DNA from: a bacterium
GTDB lineage: Bacteria > UBA8248
Length of the DNA stretch: 64,000 nt
Direction: 5' to 3'
Assembly (NCBI GenBank): GCA_965261085.1
Contig: OZ253442.1
Span: 928,001 to 992,000 of the forward strand
In this document: piece by piece, positions 48,155 through 56,795 of the stretch
Layout of the letters: every line of letters begins with the position of its first letter
Numbering within the stretch: position 1 is the first letter of the stretch
Made by a program: the position numbers and the translations under genes
Notes under the pieces: model-generated
Told to the model about the DNA's origin: nothing
Database searches by the model: none
What the model saw: the letters and a program-made list of their open reading frames with translations, nothing else

Positions 48155-49567
48155 GTGAAGTCCTCGGGAATCTTCTGTGCGAGCTTTCTCATCATCGCCT
48201 TACTGTATGGCTGCGGCGGCGGGGACGGGGGAGGCGGGTCCAGGACACCCATGCCTGCGCCACCGGCGGTGATGCCGAAGGCCGCTTTAGAGCCCTCCGT
48301 TCAGGCGGCGCAGGCGCCTCTTTTTGATTTTGATGGTTCCCCGTATATCGGAACGGGCGTTGCGCCTCCAGCCGGAGAACTCCAAAAGACGGGCGCGCGC
48401 AATGGGGTGGAAATCTCAAAAGGGTCGGTGCGGGACGGCTCGGGCGCCGCCGCCGTCCTTGAGTATGTGCGGCCGAGAGCGTTTCATACCGATCTCACGG
48501 GACTCGCGACGTTCTCTCGTCCGCCGGTCGTCCGCGTCGTAGAGGGAACGAACGAGAAATTCACCGACTATGCGGTGCGCGCCGTTCAGATCATCAACGC
48601 CGCCTTGCCTCACGATAAGCGCATCAGGTTTGGTGATTCTCCTGCTCCTGATCCGGTGGGTGTCGATGACGTGCCGCGTGGCGGCATCTATATCGAATTC
48701 ATTCCGCAGGCCCAATGGCCGGGAGAGGATGTTTTAGACGAGAGTGCGGTCGGTAATGCGAAATCGAAAATACTCTACATGTTCAACTCCCGAACACAAA
48801 AAAACGAAGCCTTGGAAGCGCACTCTTCTCACGTGTTGATTGACAGCGGAGAAGTTCGATATTTCTCTGAAGAAAAAACCGTCTACGTCATCGTTCACGA
48901 ACTGCTCCACGCCCTGGGTTTTTCCGGACATACCGATCCGCAGCGCTTCCCGGACGCCACCTTGAATCCGAATATACCCAGAAATTTGCCCCCGTTTCTT
49001 CTTTCCCTGATAGATCAGGAGGCGCTGCTCGCGGCGTATGACAGTGACAGATTCAGGCCCGGCGCGTTGCCGGAAGAGATAACGGCGGAGAATCTTGGAC
49101 CCTGGGAAGAAGAGTCGTTACACGTCCGGGGGGATCTGGAAATTCCGCGCGGGGAGGTTTCCTTCGGCGTCGCTTTGAGAAACGGCCTGGCGCAACCCTG
49201 GGCCTCCGGGCCGGAGCCGCCGATGGATCTGGCGCAAAACGGGGGGTTGTCGGGGAGCGCCGCCTGGAGCGGCGCATTGCTGGGCGTCACGCCGTCAGGA
49301 GAGGTGGTGGTCGGCGATTCCCGCCTCGCCGTCGATCTGGCGGACCTGGGCGGACAACTCGATTTCACCGGCATGGAGTTCGATGGCGGCGGTAGGTGGG
49401 GGGATGGCGACCTCGGCTACTCGGTCGAGGTACGCGGCAACACCTTCTTCCAAACTGGCGGGGATGCCGGTGAGGTCACCGGCGCTTTCTTCGGTCCCAG
49501 GCACGAGGGGATGGGCGGCGTTATCGAGCGCTCCAACTTGTCCGCCGGTTTCGGCGGGAAGCGGTAG
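48155..49567 (+). CDS. Lipoprotein: zinc metalloprotease-like domain plus TbpB-like C-terminal barrel
   Basis: Lipobox LYGC, Gly/Pro linker, HELLHALGFSGH, C-terminal GAFFGP.HE..GG......AGFGGKR. Confidence 0.75.
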   Translation: MKSSGIFCASFLIIALLYGCGGGDGGGGSRTPMPAPPAVMPKAALEPSVQAAQAPLFDFDGSPYIGTGVAPPAGELQKTGARNGVEISKGSVRDGSGAAAVLEYVRPRAFHTDLTGLATFSRPPVVRVVEGTNEKFTDYAVRAVQIINAALPHDKRIRFGDSPAPDPVGVDDVPRGGIYIEFIPQAQWPGEDVLDESAVGNAKSKILYMFNSRTQKNEALEAHSSHVLIDSGEVRYFSEEKTVYVIVHELLHALGFSGHTDPQRFPDATLNPNIPRNLPPFLLSLIDQEALLAAYDSDRFRPGALPEEITAENLGPWEEESLHVRGDLEIPRGEVSFGVALRNGLAQPWASGPEPPMDLAQNGGLSGSAAWSGALLGVTPSGEVVVGDSRLAVDLADLGGQLDFTGMEFDGGGRWGDGDLGYSVEVRGNTFFQTGGDAGEVTGAFFGPRHEGMGGVIERSNLSAGFGGKR

Positions 49568-49645
49568 GCTACAACCTGCGGCCCCGTTTCGCGATTCATC
49601 CCGAAAAAAATTCACACATACTTCAACGAAGGGGCGCTCTCTCGT

Positions 49646-50557
49646 TTAATCTCCCTCGATAGCGGCCAAGGATTTCGCCGCCCAGTCGCAGCCCACCTGG
49701 CTCGCCCACAGGTCCATGAGCCGTTTGGTTATGGGGCCGGGCGCACCGTGCGCCATCTGGGTTCCGTCGACCGAGGAGACCGGGAGGATGCAGATGCTGT
49801 TCCCAGTGTGGAAGGCCTCGTCTGCGATAAGCAAGTCGTAGCGCGTGAGGTTGGTTTCGCGAACCGGGATGCCGAGTTCTTTCGCCATGTCGATGACGTG
49901 GGTGCGCGTGACGCCGACCAGGCAGTTGAGATCCGTAGGGGTCAGGATTTCGCCGTCTCTCACGAAAAAGCAATTATAGCTCGACCCCTCGGCCACGAAG
50001 CCGTTGATGTCGAGCATGATGGGCCACGCGCCCGCCTCCTGGGCCTGGAATTCGGCCTGTACGTGGTTCATCTTGTTGCCCACCTTGGCGCGCGGTTCGA
50101 TGCACTCGGGCGGAATGCGCCGCACGCCGGTAACGACCGAGGGGACGCCCTCCCGGTAGCCATGGGCGTAGCGCGAATAATCCATCGGCAGGGTGAAGAT
50201 GACCACCGTATGCGCCCCTTGCGTGTGGGTGGCGGCGGAGCTGACGCCGCCACCTCGCGTCACCCAGTGGTTGATGCGGAATTCCTCTCCCTCGGCGTAT
50301 ACGCCGCGGTTTCGTTCGATGAGTTTCATGGTGAGGGCTTCCATCTCGTCCGCGCTCATGCCGGGGTCGAGCCGCGCGTAGCGGCACGAAAGATAGAGCC
50401 TGTCGATGTGCGCTCTCAGATGCCATGGTTGGCCGCCAAAAGTGCGGGACGCGTCATACACGCCGTCGCCGTAGAGGAAGCCGCGATCCAGGATGGACAC
50501 GTTCGCTTCAGATTCCGGCACGAAACGGCCTTTGACGTAGGCGATTCTCTCACTCAT
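49646..50557 (-). CDS. PLP-dependent aminotransferase class IV
   Basis: DRGFLYGDGVY, H..RL..S, AK catalytic Lys, EG...N.F, L.GVTR, ADEAF. Confidence 0.9.
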   Translation of the reverse strand: MSERIAYVKGRFVPESEANVSILDRGFLYGDGVYDASRTFGGQPWHLRAHIDRLYLSCRYARLDPGMSADEMEALTMKLIERNRGVYAEGEEFRINHWVTRGGGVSSAATHTQGAHTVVIFTLPMDYSRYAHGYREGVPSVVTGVRRIPPECIEPRAKVGNKMNHVQAEFQAQEAGAWPIMLDINGFVAEGSSYNCFFVRDGEILTPTDLNCLVGVTRTHVIDMAKELGIPVRETNLTRYDLLIADEAFHTGNSICILPVSSVDGTQMAHGAPGPITKRLMDLWASQVGCDWAAKSLAAIEGD

Positions 50558-50605
50558 GTGGTGTTCTCTCCTCGTTTTGAATTATCACGTCATCCTTGAT
50601 TTGTC

Positions 50606-51754
50606 TTATAGCAAACCCATCGCGGCGGAGCGCGTGGCGTGGCCCATGCCGAATGCGTGGGAGAAGGACACGAGGTCGCGCACCAGTCTTTCCATGGGCG
50701 CTTCGGTCATATAGCCTGCGCCTCCCCACACCTCCATCGAACGGCGCGCGATGCGCTCGCACGATTCCGTGGCGAAGGCTTTTGCCAGAAAACTCCGCCA
50801 GGGTTCCGCGCCCTCATCTTGCTCCACCGCCCAGGCCGCCGCCTGGAGGCTTCTTCTGGCGGCGTCGAGTTCCATCAGGTTATCACAAAGCATGAAGCCC
50901 ACCGTCTGGTGCTCGACGATAGGCTTTCCTCCCTGTACGCGCTCACGGGCGTGGTCGAGCGCGTGTTCGTGGGATTTTCTCGCCGTTCCGACCGCCGCCG
51001 CCGCCGGGAGAATGCGGGTGGCGTGCGCCGCGTCTCGCCACTCCTCCTCCGTGCAATCAAGGGGCAGGCCGGGTTTTACGTCTTCGAAGCGCAAGTCGAC
51101 ATCCTGGCAGGAGCGCATGCCCATCGGGTCATGGTGATGGGCGACCGAGATTCCGCCGCCCTCCCGGTATTCCAGGAGAAAAATCCGACGCTCGTTCTCA
51201 TCGGCGAGGCCTGATTCCAGCAGATAAAGGCCGGCCGCCGCACCGTTGAGCACGTGCCGCGCAGCGCCTTGAAGATACCAGGCGTCGCCATCTTGCCTGA
51301 CGGATGCGCCCTGATCAGCATCCGCCTTATAGGGATTTCTGGCATCAGGCGCGGGCGTTTCGCCGATTTTCACATGGGCTAGATGACATGCGTGTGAGTC
51401 CGTGAAATTTTCCGCGAACGCCTCGAAATCCGCCCCCTCCCAGAGGCGGGATATGGCGTTTGCGAGCGCCCAATCCTGCGCGTAGATGACGCCTACTCCC
51501 AAGTCCCCCCAGCCGATCTCCTCAGCCACGAAGCACAGGCTCAATAAATCGGCGCTGCCCCCGCCGTGGCTTTCAGGTACGGGGAGGGTGCGCAGGCCCA
51601 GTGAATCGCCTTTGTCCAGAATTTCTCCGGGAAAGCGGTTTTCCGGGTTTTTTTCCTGATCGAGCGCGTCGGTGTGCGGAGTAATCTCCTGACGTGCGAA
51701 ATCGCGCGCCAGCCGCTGAAGCGCGAGAGAGGCCTCTCCGGGAGTGAAATCCAT
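50606..51754 (-). CDS. Degenerate acyl-CoA dehydrogenase-like protein
   Basis: ACAD N- and C-terminal helices (RVQGGKPI, WGGAGY) but lacks the TEP and GxKxxIS FAD motifs. Confidence 0.8.
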   Translation of the reverse strand: MDFTPGEASLALQRLARDFARQEITPHTDALDQEKNPENRFPGEILDKGDSLGLRTLPVPESHGGGSADLLSLCFVAEEIGWGDLGVGVIYAQDWALANAISRLWEGADFEAFAENFTDSHACHLAHVKIGETPAPDARNPYKADADQGASVRQDGDAWYLQGAARHVLNGAAAGLYLLESGLADENERRIFLLEYREGGGISVAHHHDPMGMRSCQDVDLRFEDVKPGLPLDCTEEEWRDAAHATRILPAAAAVGTARKSHEHALDHARERVQGGKPIVEHQTVGFMLCDNLMELDAARRSLQAAAWAVEQDEGAEPWRSFLAKAFATESCERIARRSMEVWGGAGYMTEAPMERLVRDLVSFSHAFGMGHATRSAAMGLL

Positions 51755-51793
51755 GCGCACAAACCCTTATAGGACACGAGGAACGGCTCGGAT

Positions 51794-52762
51794 TTAGTCG
51801 ATAAGGCCCACGCTCTTGAGATCCGAGGTTAGTTCCGCTTTCTCATCTGTTCTCAAGGGAATCATCGGCGCGCGCGAAGGACCACCGTGCATTCCCATCA
51901 GGTCCATCCAGTCCTTGAGCGCGGCGATGGGGAACGCTCCCCGCGCCCAGGGCTCCCAGAGCCATTTGTCGGCCACGCGGCGTATCGGGTTCATGGACTC
52001 GCGCGCGGTCCAGGCTTCCTCGAGGTTCCCCTCGTCGATCAGGTCGGTGTATTTCTGCATGCCCAGATTGCCGGTGCGCTGCAGGAGAAACGGGTCGGGG
52101 CCGCTCATGTAGGTCTGCTGCTTGTGGTAGGCGCGGTTGAAGAACCACTGGGTCTCCATCGGGTCGCTCACGACGATGTCATCCCCGACGGCTTCGCGCA
52201 CCTCGTCGCAGTGGTATTTGGGCTGCGCGTTCTTGATGCAGCAGAGGTTCTCGTTGTCCTCGACGATTGCCTTGACCAGGGGCGCCGAGAGGGAGTAGCC
52301 GGACGCCGCCGTGTTGAACAGGGACACGCCGATGTCCACGTTGCTGCAGAATTCCTTGAAATACGCGCGAACGCGCTCGGGTATGCCCTGCGCGCCGAGG
52401 TAGGGATTCGCGAGAATCGCATAAGTCGCGCCCGCCTCTATCGCCGCGTTGGTCAGCTCGATCGCCTCTTTGGCCGAAGTGTGGCCGGTGTGCGCGATAA
52501 TGGGCACGTCCCCCGCCTCGTCGCAGGCGATTTCCTGTCCGTGAAGGCGCTCTTCTTTCGTCAAGCACCAGAATTCACCGATCATTCCGCCGATGAAAAA
52601 CCCCTTGATATCGAGGTCGTCGATGTAATGGCGGATGTCGGCGCGAAAACCCGCCTCGTCGATGTTGTCGTTTTCATCGAAGGGATAGGGGATGGCGGCC
52701 CAGATTCCCTTCATGTTTTCCTTACAATACGCGCGCGCGTCCGATTTTTTGTAAGAGGGCAT
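51794..52762 (-). CDS. DapA-family aldolase/hydratase
   Basis: GEFW.LT.EER, IIAHTG, IKNA Schiff-base Lys. Confidence 0.85.
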   Translation of the reverse strand: MPSYKKSDARAYCKENMKGIWAAIPYPFDENDNIDEAGFRADIRHYIDDLDIKGFFIGGMIGEFWCLTKEERLHGQEIACDEAGDVPIIAHTGHTSAKEAIELTNAAIEAGATYAILANPYLGAQGIPERVRAYFKEFCSNVDIGVSLFNTAASGYSLSAPLVKAIVEDNENLCCIKNAQPKYHCDEVREAVGDDIVVSDPMETQWFFNRAYHKQQTYMSGPDPFLLQRTGNLGMQKYTDLIDEGNLEEAWTARESMNPIRRVADKWLWEPWARGAFPIAALKDWMDLMGMHGGPSRAPMIPLRTDEKAELTSDLKSVGLID

Positions 52763-52811
52763 TACAGTCTCCTTCTCGGGTGTGTGACGGGAAATATCCG
52801 TCAATTTGAGT

Positions 52812-53990
52812 TTACCATTCATCCTTTCCGGCGGGGGCCAGAAGCGGCGCGGCCTTGAGCTTCACCGCCTCGTTCGTGCCGAAGCCGTGCAGATAGCTCA
52901 ACACGTCGCGCCAGCATTTCTCGGGCGTCGGCCTGTCGTCGTGATAGGTGGCGCCCGACCTCCCCCAGATCTCCATCGCCATGCGGCAGACCTTGATGCC
53001 CGCCTCCGAGGCGAACACCTTGGACATCAGGCGGCGTTTCGAATCATCCGTCGGCTTTTCCGCATGCCACGCCGCAGAATACAGGTACGTCCGCGCCGCC
53101 TCAATCAGCATATACATTTCCGTGAGCGCCATCTGCGCCCACTGCTCATCCGCCGCATCGCTCTCCTGCGCCGCCGTCCGCGCGAGATCGTATGCGAGGC
53201 GCGAGGGGCCCATCACCGGGATAAGCGCGCCGCTCACCATGCGCTTTAATATCGAGAGGCCCCCGTTCCAATCGCCGAAGAGATTGTGCGCGGGCACGCG
53301 GCAGTTCCTGAGCACGAGTTCGCCGTTTTGCAGAAGACGCCTCCCGAGCTTGGAGTGCGCCTCTCCGATTTCGAAACCCTCCGTATCGCGCGGCACGAGG
53401 AAGCAGGTGAGGCCCTCGCTCATCTTCTTCTCAGGCGCGGTGCGCGCGAAGATGAAGTAATACTTCGCCAGGCCGCCGTTTGAGATGTAGTGCTTCGTGC
53501 CGTTCAGGATATAGAAATCACCCTCTCGTTTCGCCGTCATGCGCGGGCCGGCGTGCGGTTCGTCGTGCATGAGGAAGGTGTCGGTTCCGCTTTGCGGCTC
53601 CGTGGTGGCGAGGGCGAGTAGCGCCCTGGGGTCGTTCATGAAGTCTTCCAGATATAAATCGCGCTGCGTCTGCGTGGTCTCGTTCGTGAGCAGTTGCGCG
53701 AATTTATAGGTCTGATCCATCGAGACGGCGACGCCCAGATCGCCGTAAGCGAGTTCTTCAGCCACCATGGCCTGCACCAGATGCCGCGCGCCGAAGCCGC
53801 CGAATTTCTCAGGCACGGTGAGCGTTCTGAGTCCTGCGGCGTCCAGTTTATCCGCGATATGCCAAGGATAGGCCTCGCCGGGGGCGTAGTTTCTGTCCCT
53901 GGCCGCGGCGATGGGGAGGATGTCTTCCCGCGCAATCCGGCGCGCGCGGCGCACCATCTCGGATTCTTCGGGGGTCAAGTCCGGCATCAT
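52812..53990 (-). CDS. Acyl-CoA dehydrogenase-family protein
   Basis: TTEP.SG.D, NGTK.YISNG, KLG, SKVFASE; start may instead be at 54005. Confidence 0.87.
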   Translation of the reverse strand: MMPDLTPEESEMVRRARRIAREDILPIAAARDRNYAPGEAYPWHIADKLDAAGLRTLTVPEKFGGFGARHLVQAMVAEELAYGDLGVAVSMDQTYKFAQLLTNETTQTQRDLYLEDFMNDPRALLALATTEPQSGTDTFLMHDEPHAGPRMTAKREGDFYILNGTKHYISNGGLAKYYFIFARTAPEKKMSEGLTCFLVPRDTEGFEIGEAHSKLGRRLLQNGELVLRNCRVPAHNLFGDWNGGLSILKRMVSGALIPVMGPSRLAYDLARTAAQESDAADEQWAQMALTEMYMLIEAARTYLYSAAWHAEKPTDDSKRRLMSKVFASEAGIKVCRMAMEIWGRSGATYHDDRPTPEKCWRDVLSYLHGFGTNEAVKLKAAPLLAPAGKDEW

Positions 53991-54169
53991 GGCGTTTGGG
54001 CGCATCCTTCTGGAAGCGAGACAAGTCGACGGTGATTTGCCCGAATCCATAGCACTACTTGAGACGATATGTTCTGTCAATCATATTGGGGTATACCATG
54101 GGAGGAGAAACCACGGACTAACAAGGCATTTTGACCGCAAACGAGCATTGAAAAGAAGAGCGGACGATC

Positions 54170-55108
54170 ATGAAAATCGTGATTCCAGATGACTACGAAA
54201 GAAGCCTTGCGGACTCGGGCCAACTTGCGCGCCTTGAGAAACTGGGCGAGGTGGCGCATTTCACCGAGCGGCCACGAGATGACGAGGAGATGGCGGAGCG
54301 CATCTTGGATGCGGAAATCATCCTGACCATGCGCTTTCAGACGGATTTCAAGAACACAGGCCTGCTCGATGCCGCCCCTAAGCTGCGCTTCATCTCCATA
54401 TGGGGCACGCGCCCCCGCGTAGTGGACATGAAGCGCGCCGGTGAGCGAGGGATTTCCGTCGCCGTGACGCCCGGAGCGGGTAGTCCCTCCGTAGCCGAGC
54501 ACACGATAATGATGGTACTCGCCCTGGCAAAGCGGCTCCCGTTTCAGGGTCCCGCCATGCGTACGGGTGAGTGGGAGCGCGCACGGGGCGTGGAGCTTCT
54601 GGGCAAGAGCCTCTCGGTCGTCGGTTTCGGGCACATCGGGAGCAAGGTCGTCCCCATGGCGCGGGGCTTCGGCATGGACGTACTCGCCTGGTCTAAGAAC
54701 ATGACGCCCGAGCGCGCAGCCGAAGCAGGGGCGCGCGCGGTCTCGCTTGCTGAGTGCATGCTTGCTGATTTCGTGACGATACAGCTTCACGTGACGCCGG
54801 AAACCAGGGGCATTATCTCCAAGGAGAGAATCTCGCAGATGAAGCCGACGGCGTTTTTGATCAACACCTCGCGCGCGGCGCTCGTGGATATGGACGCCCT
54901 GTTCGAAGCCTTAAGTGAGCGCCGCATAGCAGGCGCGGGCTTGGACGTGTTCGAGCCGGATGAGCCTTTGCCGGGCGATTCTCCGTTAAGAGCGCTTGAT
55001 AACGTGATTCTCACCCCGCACGTCGCCGCGCACACCGAAGGTGCGGTTGCGCGGGAGGCGCGGATAGCAGTGGACAACGTGGCGGCCTATATTCAAGGAG
55101 AGCCGTAG
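54170..55108 (+). CDS. D-2-hydroxyacid dehydrogenase-family protein
   Basis: VAEH, GFGHIG, INTSRA, GLDVF, LTPHVA. Confidence 0.9.
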   Translation: MKIVIPDDYERSLADSGQLARLEKLGEVAHFTERPRDDEEMAERILDAEIILTMRFQTDFKNTGLLDAAPKLRFISIWGTRPRVVDMKRAGERGISVAVTPGAGSPSVAEHTIMMVLALAKRLPFQGPAMRTGEWERARGVELLGKSLSVVGFGHIGSKVVPMARGFGMDVLAWSKNMTPERAAEAGARAVSLAECMLADFVTIQLHVTPETRGIISKERISQMKPTAFLINTSRAALVDMDALFEALSERRIAGAGLDVFEPDEPLPGDSPLRALDNVILTPHVAAHTEGAVAREARIAVDNVAAYIQGEP

Positions 55109-55239
55109 AACTTGGTGTTCGAGGACGCTTAGTTTTTCATGCGGGAGGCGCTTTCAGCCATACGAAGAAATTAAAATGACTTATAGTAATCGTGATGAAA
55201 ACTTAAGTATTCATACCTTTATCAAAGAGGGGAAACGAT

Positions 55240-55959
55240 ATGTCGTATCGAATCGAGATGAGCGAAGTTCAGGGCAGCGAGATGGAGATTTTCCTGTATG
55301 AGCCCGAAGGCGCAGGCCCGCATCCGGGGCTGGTGCTCTGCCAGCACATACCGGGCCATCAGGGAATCGAGGGCGACCCCTTCACGGTGAAAACGGCGGA
55401 GCGCTTCCGGGCGAACGGCTACGCGGTGTCCGTTCCGTTTCTCTACCACTGGTGGTCCAAGAGTGACGACATGCAGGTAAAACGCGATGAGTTCAACGAC
55501 GCGCAGACGGCGCTCGACCTAAAAGCGGGCTTCGACGCCCTGGCGGCTCTCGAAAGCGTGGACGCGGGCCGAATCGGAATCGTCGGGCATTGCTGGGGCG
55601 GGCGCGTGAGCTGGCTGGGCGCGTGCACGGATTCGCGCTACAGCGCGTGCGCGGTCTTCTACGGCGGCGGCGTGAAGGAGGTGCGCGGGGAGGGCAACCC
55701 GCCCGCCATCGAGCTCAGCGGCAACATCGCGTGCCCCGTCATCGGGGTTTTCGGCAATGAGGATCAGAATCCCTCGCCCCAGGACGTGGACGATTGCGAG
55801 GCGGCGCTCAAGAGCGCGGGCGTGGACTACGTTTTCCACCGCTACGACGGCGCCGGCCACGCCTTTCAGTGGGAGGATAGTCCCGAGCGCTTCCGCGCCG
55901 CGCAAAGCGAGGATTCATGGGTGAAGACACTCGCGTTTTTTGATGCGAAGTTGGGGTGA
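55240..55959 (+). CDS. Dienelactone hydrolase-family protein
   Basis: GHCWGG nucleophile, G..D, AGHAF. Confidence 0.9.
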   Translation: MSYRIEMSEVQGSEMEIFLYEPEGAGPHPGLVLCQHIPGHQGIEGDPFTVKTAERFRANGYAVSVPFLYHWWSKSDDMQVKRDEFNDAQTALDLKAGFDALAALESVDAGRIGIVGHCWGGRVSWLGACTDSRYSACAVFYGGGVKEVRGEGNPPAIELSGNIACPVIGVFGNEDQNPSPQDVDDCEAALKSAGVDYVFHRYDGAGHAFQWEDSPERFRAAQSEDSWVKTLAFFDAKLG

Positions 55960-55994
55960 GGGGAAACTCCAAGGTTATTAGGGCGCAGGGATTC

Positions 55995-56723
55995 TCAAGC
56001 CGCGTGAACGCCTTGCAGGGAAGGCTCGATATCGGCCATGACGAATAGCCGTGAGTAGGCCGAACGACCGTTCATCCTGAACACGCGGGCGTCTATGCTC
56101 CCGTGTTCGAGCCATCTCCGCACCGTTTGAGCTTGCAGGCGGTTGATATAGCCGAGCCGGACGCCGTCCTGGCGAGCCACCTCCACGGCATTCGGGTCAT
56201 ACTCGTTGGCCGATTCGTGCAGGAAAACCACCGGCTCGTCAATGTCCAAGTCGAGTGCATCTTTTCGGTAATGCCCATAACCCGAGACGTCGAAGACGTA
56301 GCGGAAAGGCCGGTCGAAACCCTCGAAAGTCTCGGTGACGCCGAAGCTATCGCTGGTCACGCGAGCGCCCGTATAGGCCAGCAGGCTGAGGTCGGAGAAA
56401 TCGGCTTGCGGCGAGAGGCCGAACGTCTCCATGAAGTCATGGAAGTCGGGCCGATCCCGGGGCGGTAGTCGGCGGCTCAGAACATCGAGTGCGGTATCCG
56501 CCTCGTGCGTATCGCCCAACGCCAAGCCGGGATAGCCGCGAAATCCAGCTTCCAGGGCCGAGGCAAGGCTGTCCTCATCCAGATATGAAAACGCCACGCC
56601 TTGCGCGCACTGAAGCAGTTTGGCCACCGCGAACCTGTCACGAGGACCGGGCCGTTCCAGAGGACGCTGCCACGTCAACAACGCCCGGCGAGTCTGTATC
56701 AGATCGGTAATCATTCCCATCAT
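55995..56723 (-). CDS. HIRAN-domain protein
   Basis: C-terminal E..NEYDPNAVEV.....RLGYI HIRAN motif; N-terminal FSY/RRLPP.DRPDF/LLAYTGA...D region. Confidence 0.8.
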   Translation of the reverse strand: MMGMITDLIQTRRALLTWQRPLERPGPRDRFAVAKLLQCAQGVAFSYLDEDSLASALEAGFRGYPGLALGDTHEADTALDVLSRRLPPRDRPDFHDFMETFGLSPQADFSDLSLLAYTGARVTSDSFGVTETFEGFDRPFRYVFDVSGYGHYRKDALDLDIDEPVVFLHESANEYDPNAVEVARQDGVRLGYINRLQAQTVRRWLEHGSIDARVFRMNGRSAYSRLFVMADIEPSLQGVHAA

Positions 56724-56795
56724 CTTTGAGTCTCACGAAGAATGTTCTCGATGCGTTCCATACCAATTTCGAGAATAGCACAGGTGTGGTGTGAA

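Noticed and set aside
54090-54097. GntR/FadR-type operator GGTATACC (and TGCATACA near 35225)
   Set aside because: Eight-base matches with no cognate regulator in the window; too weak to call
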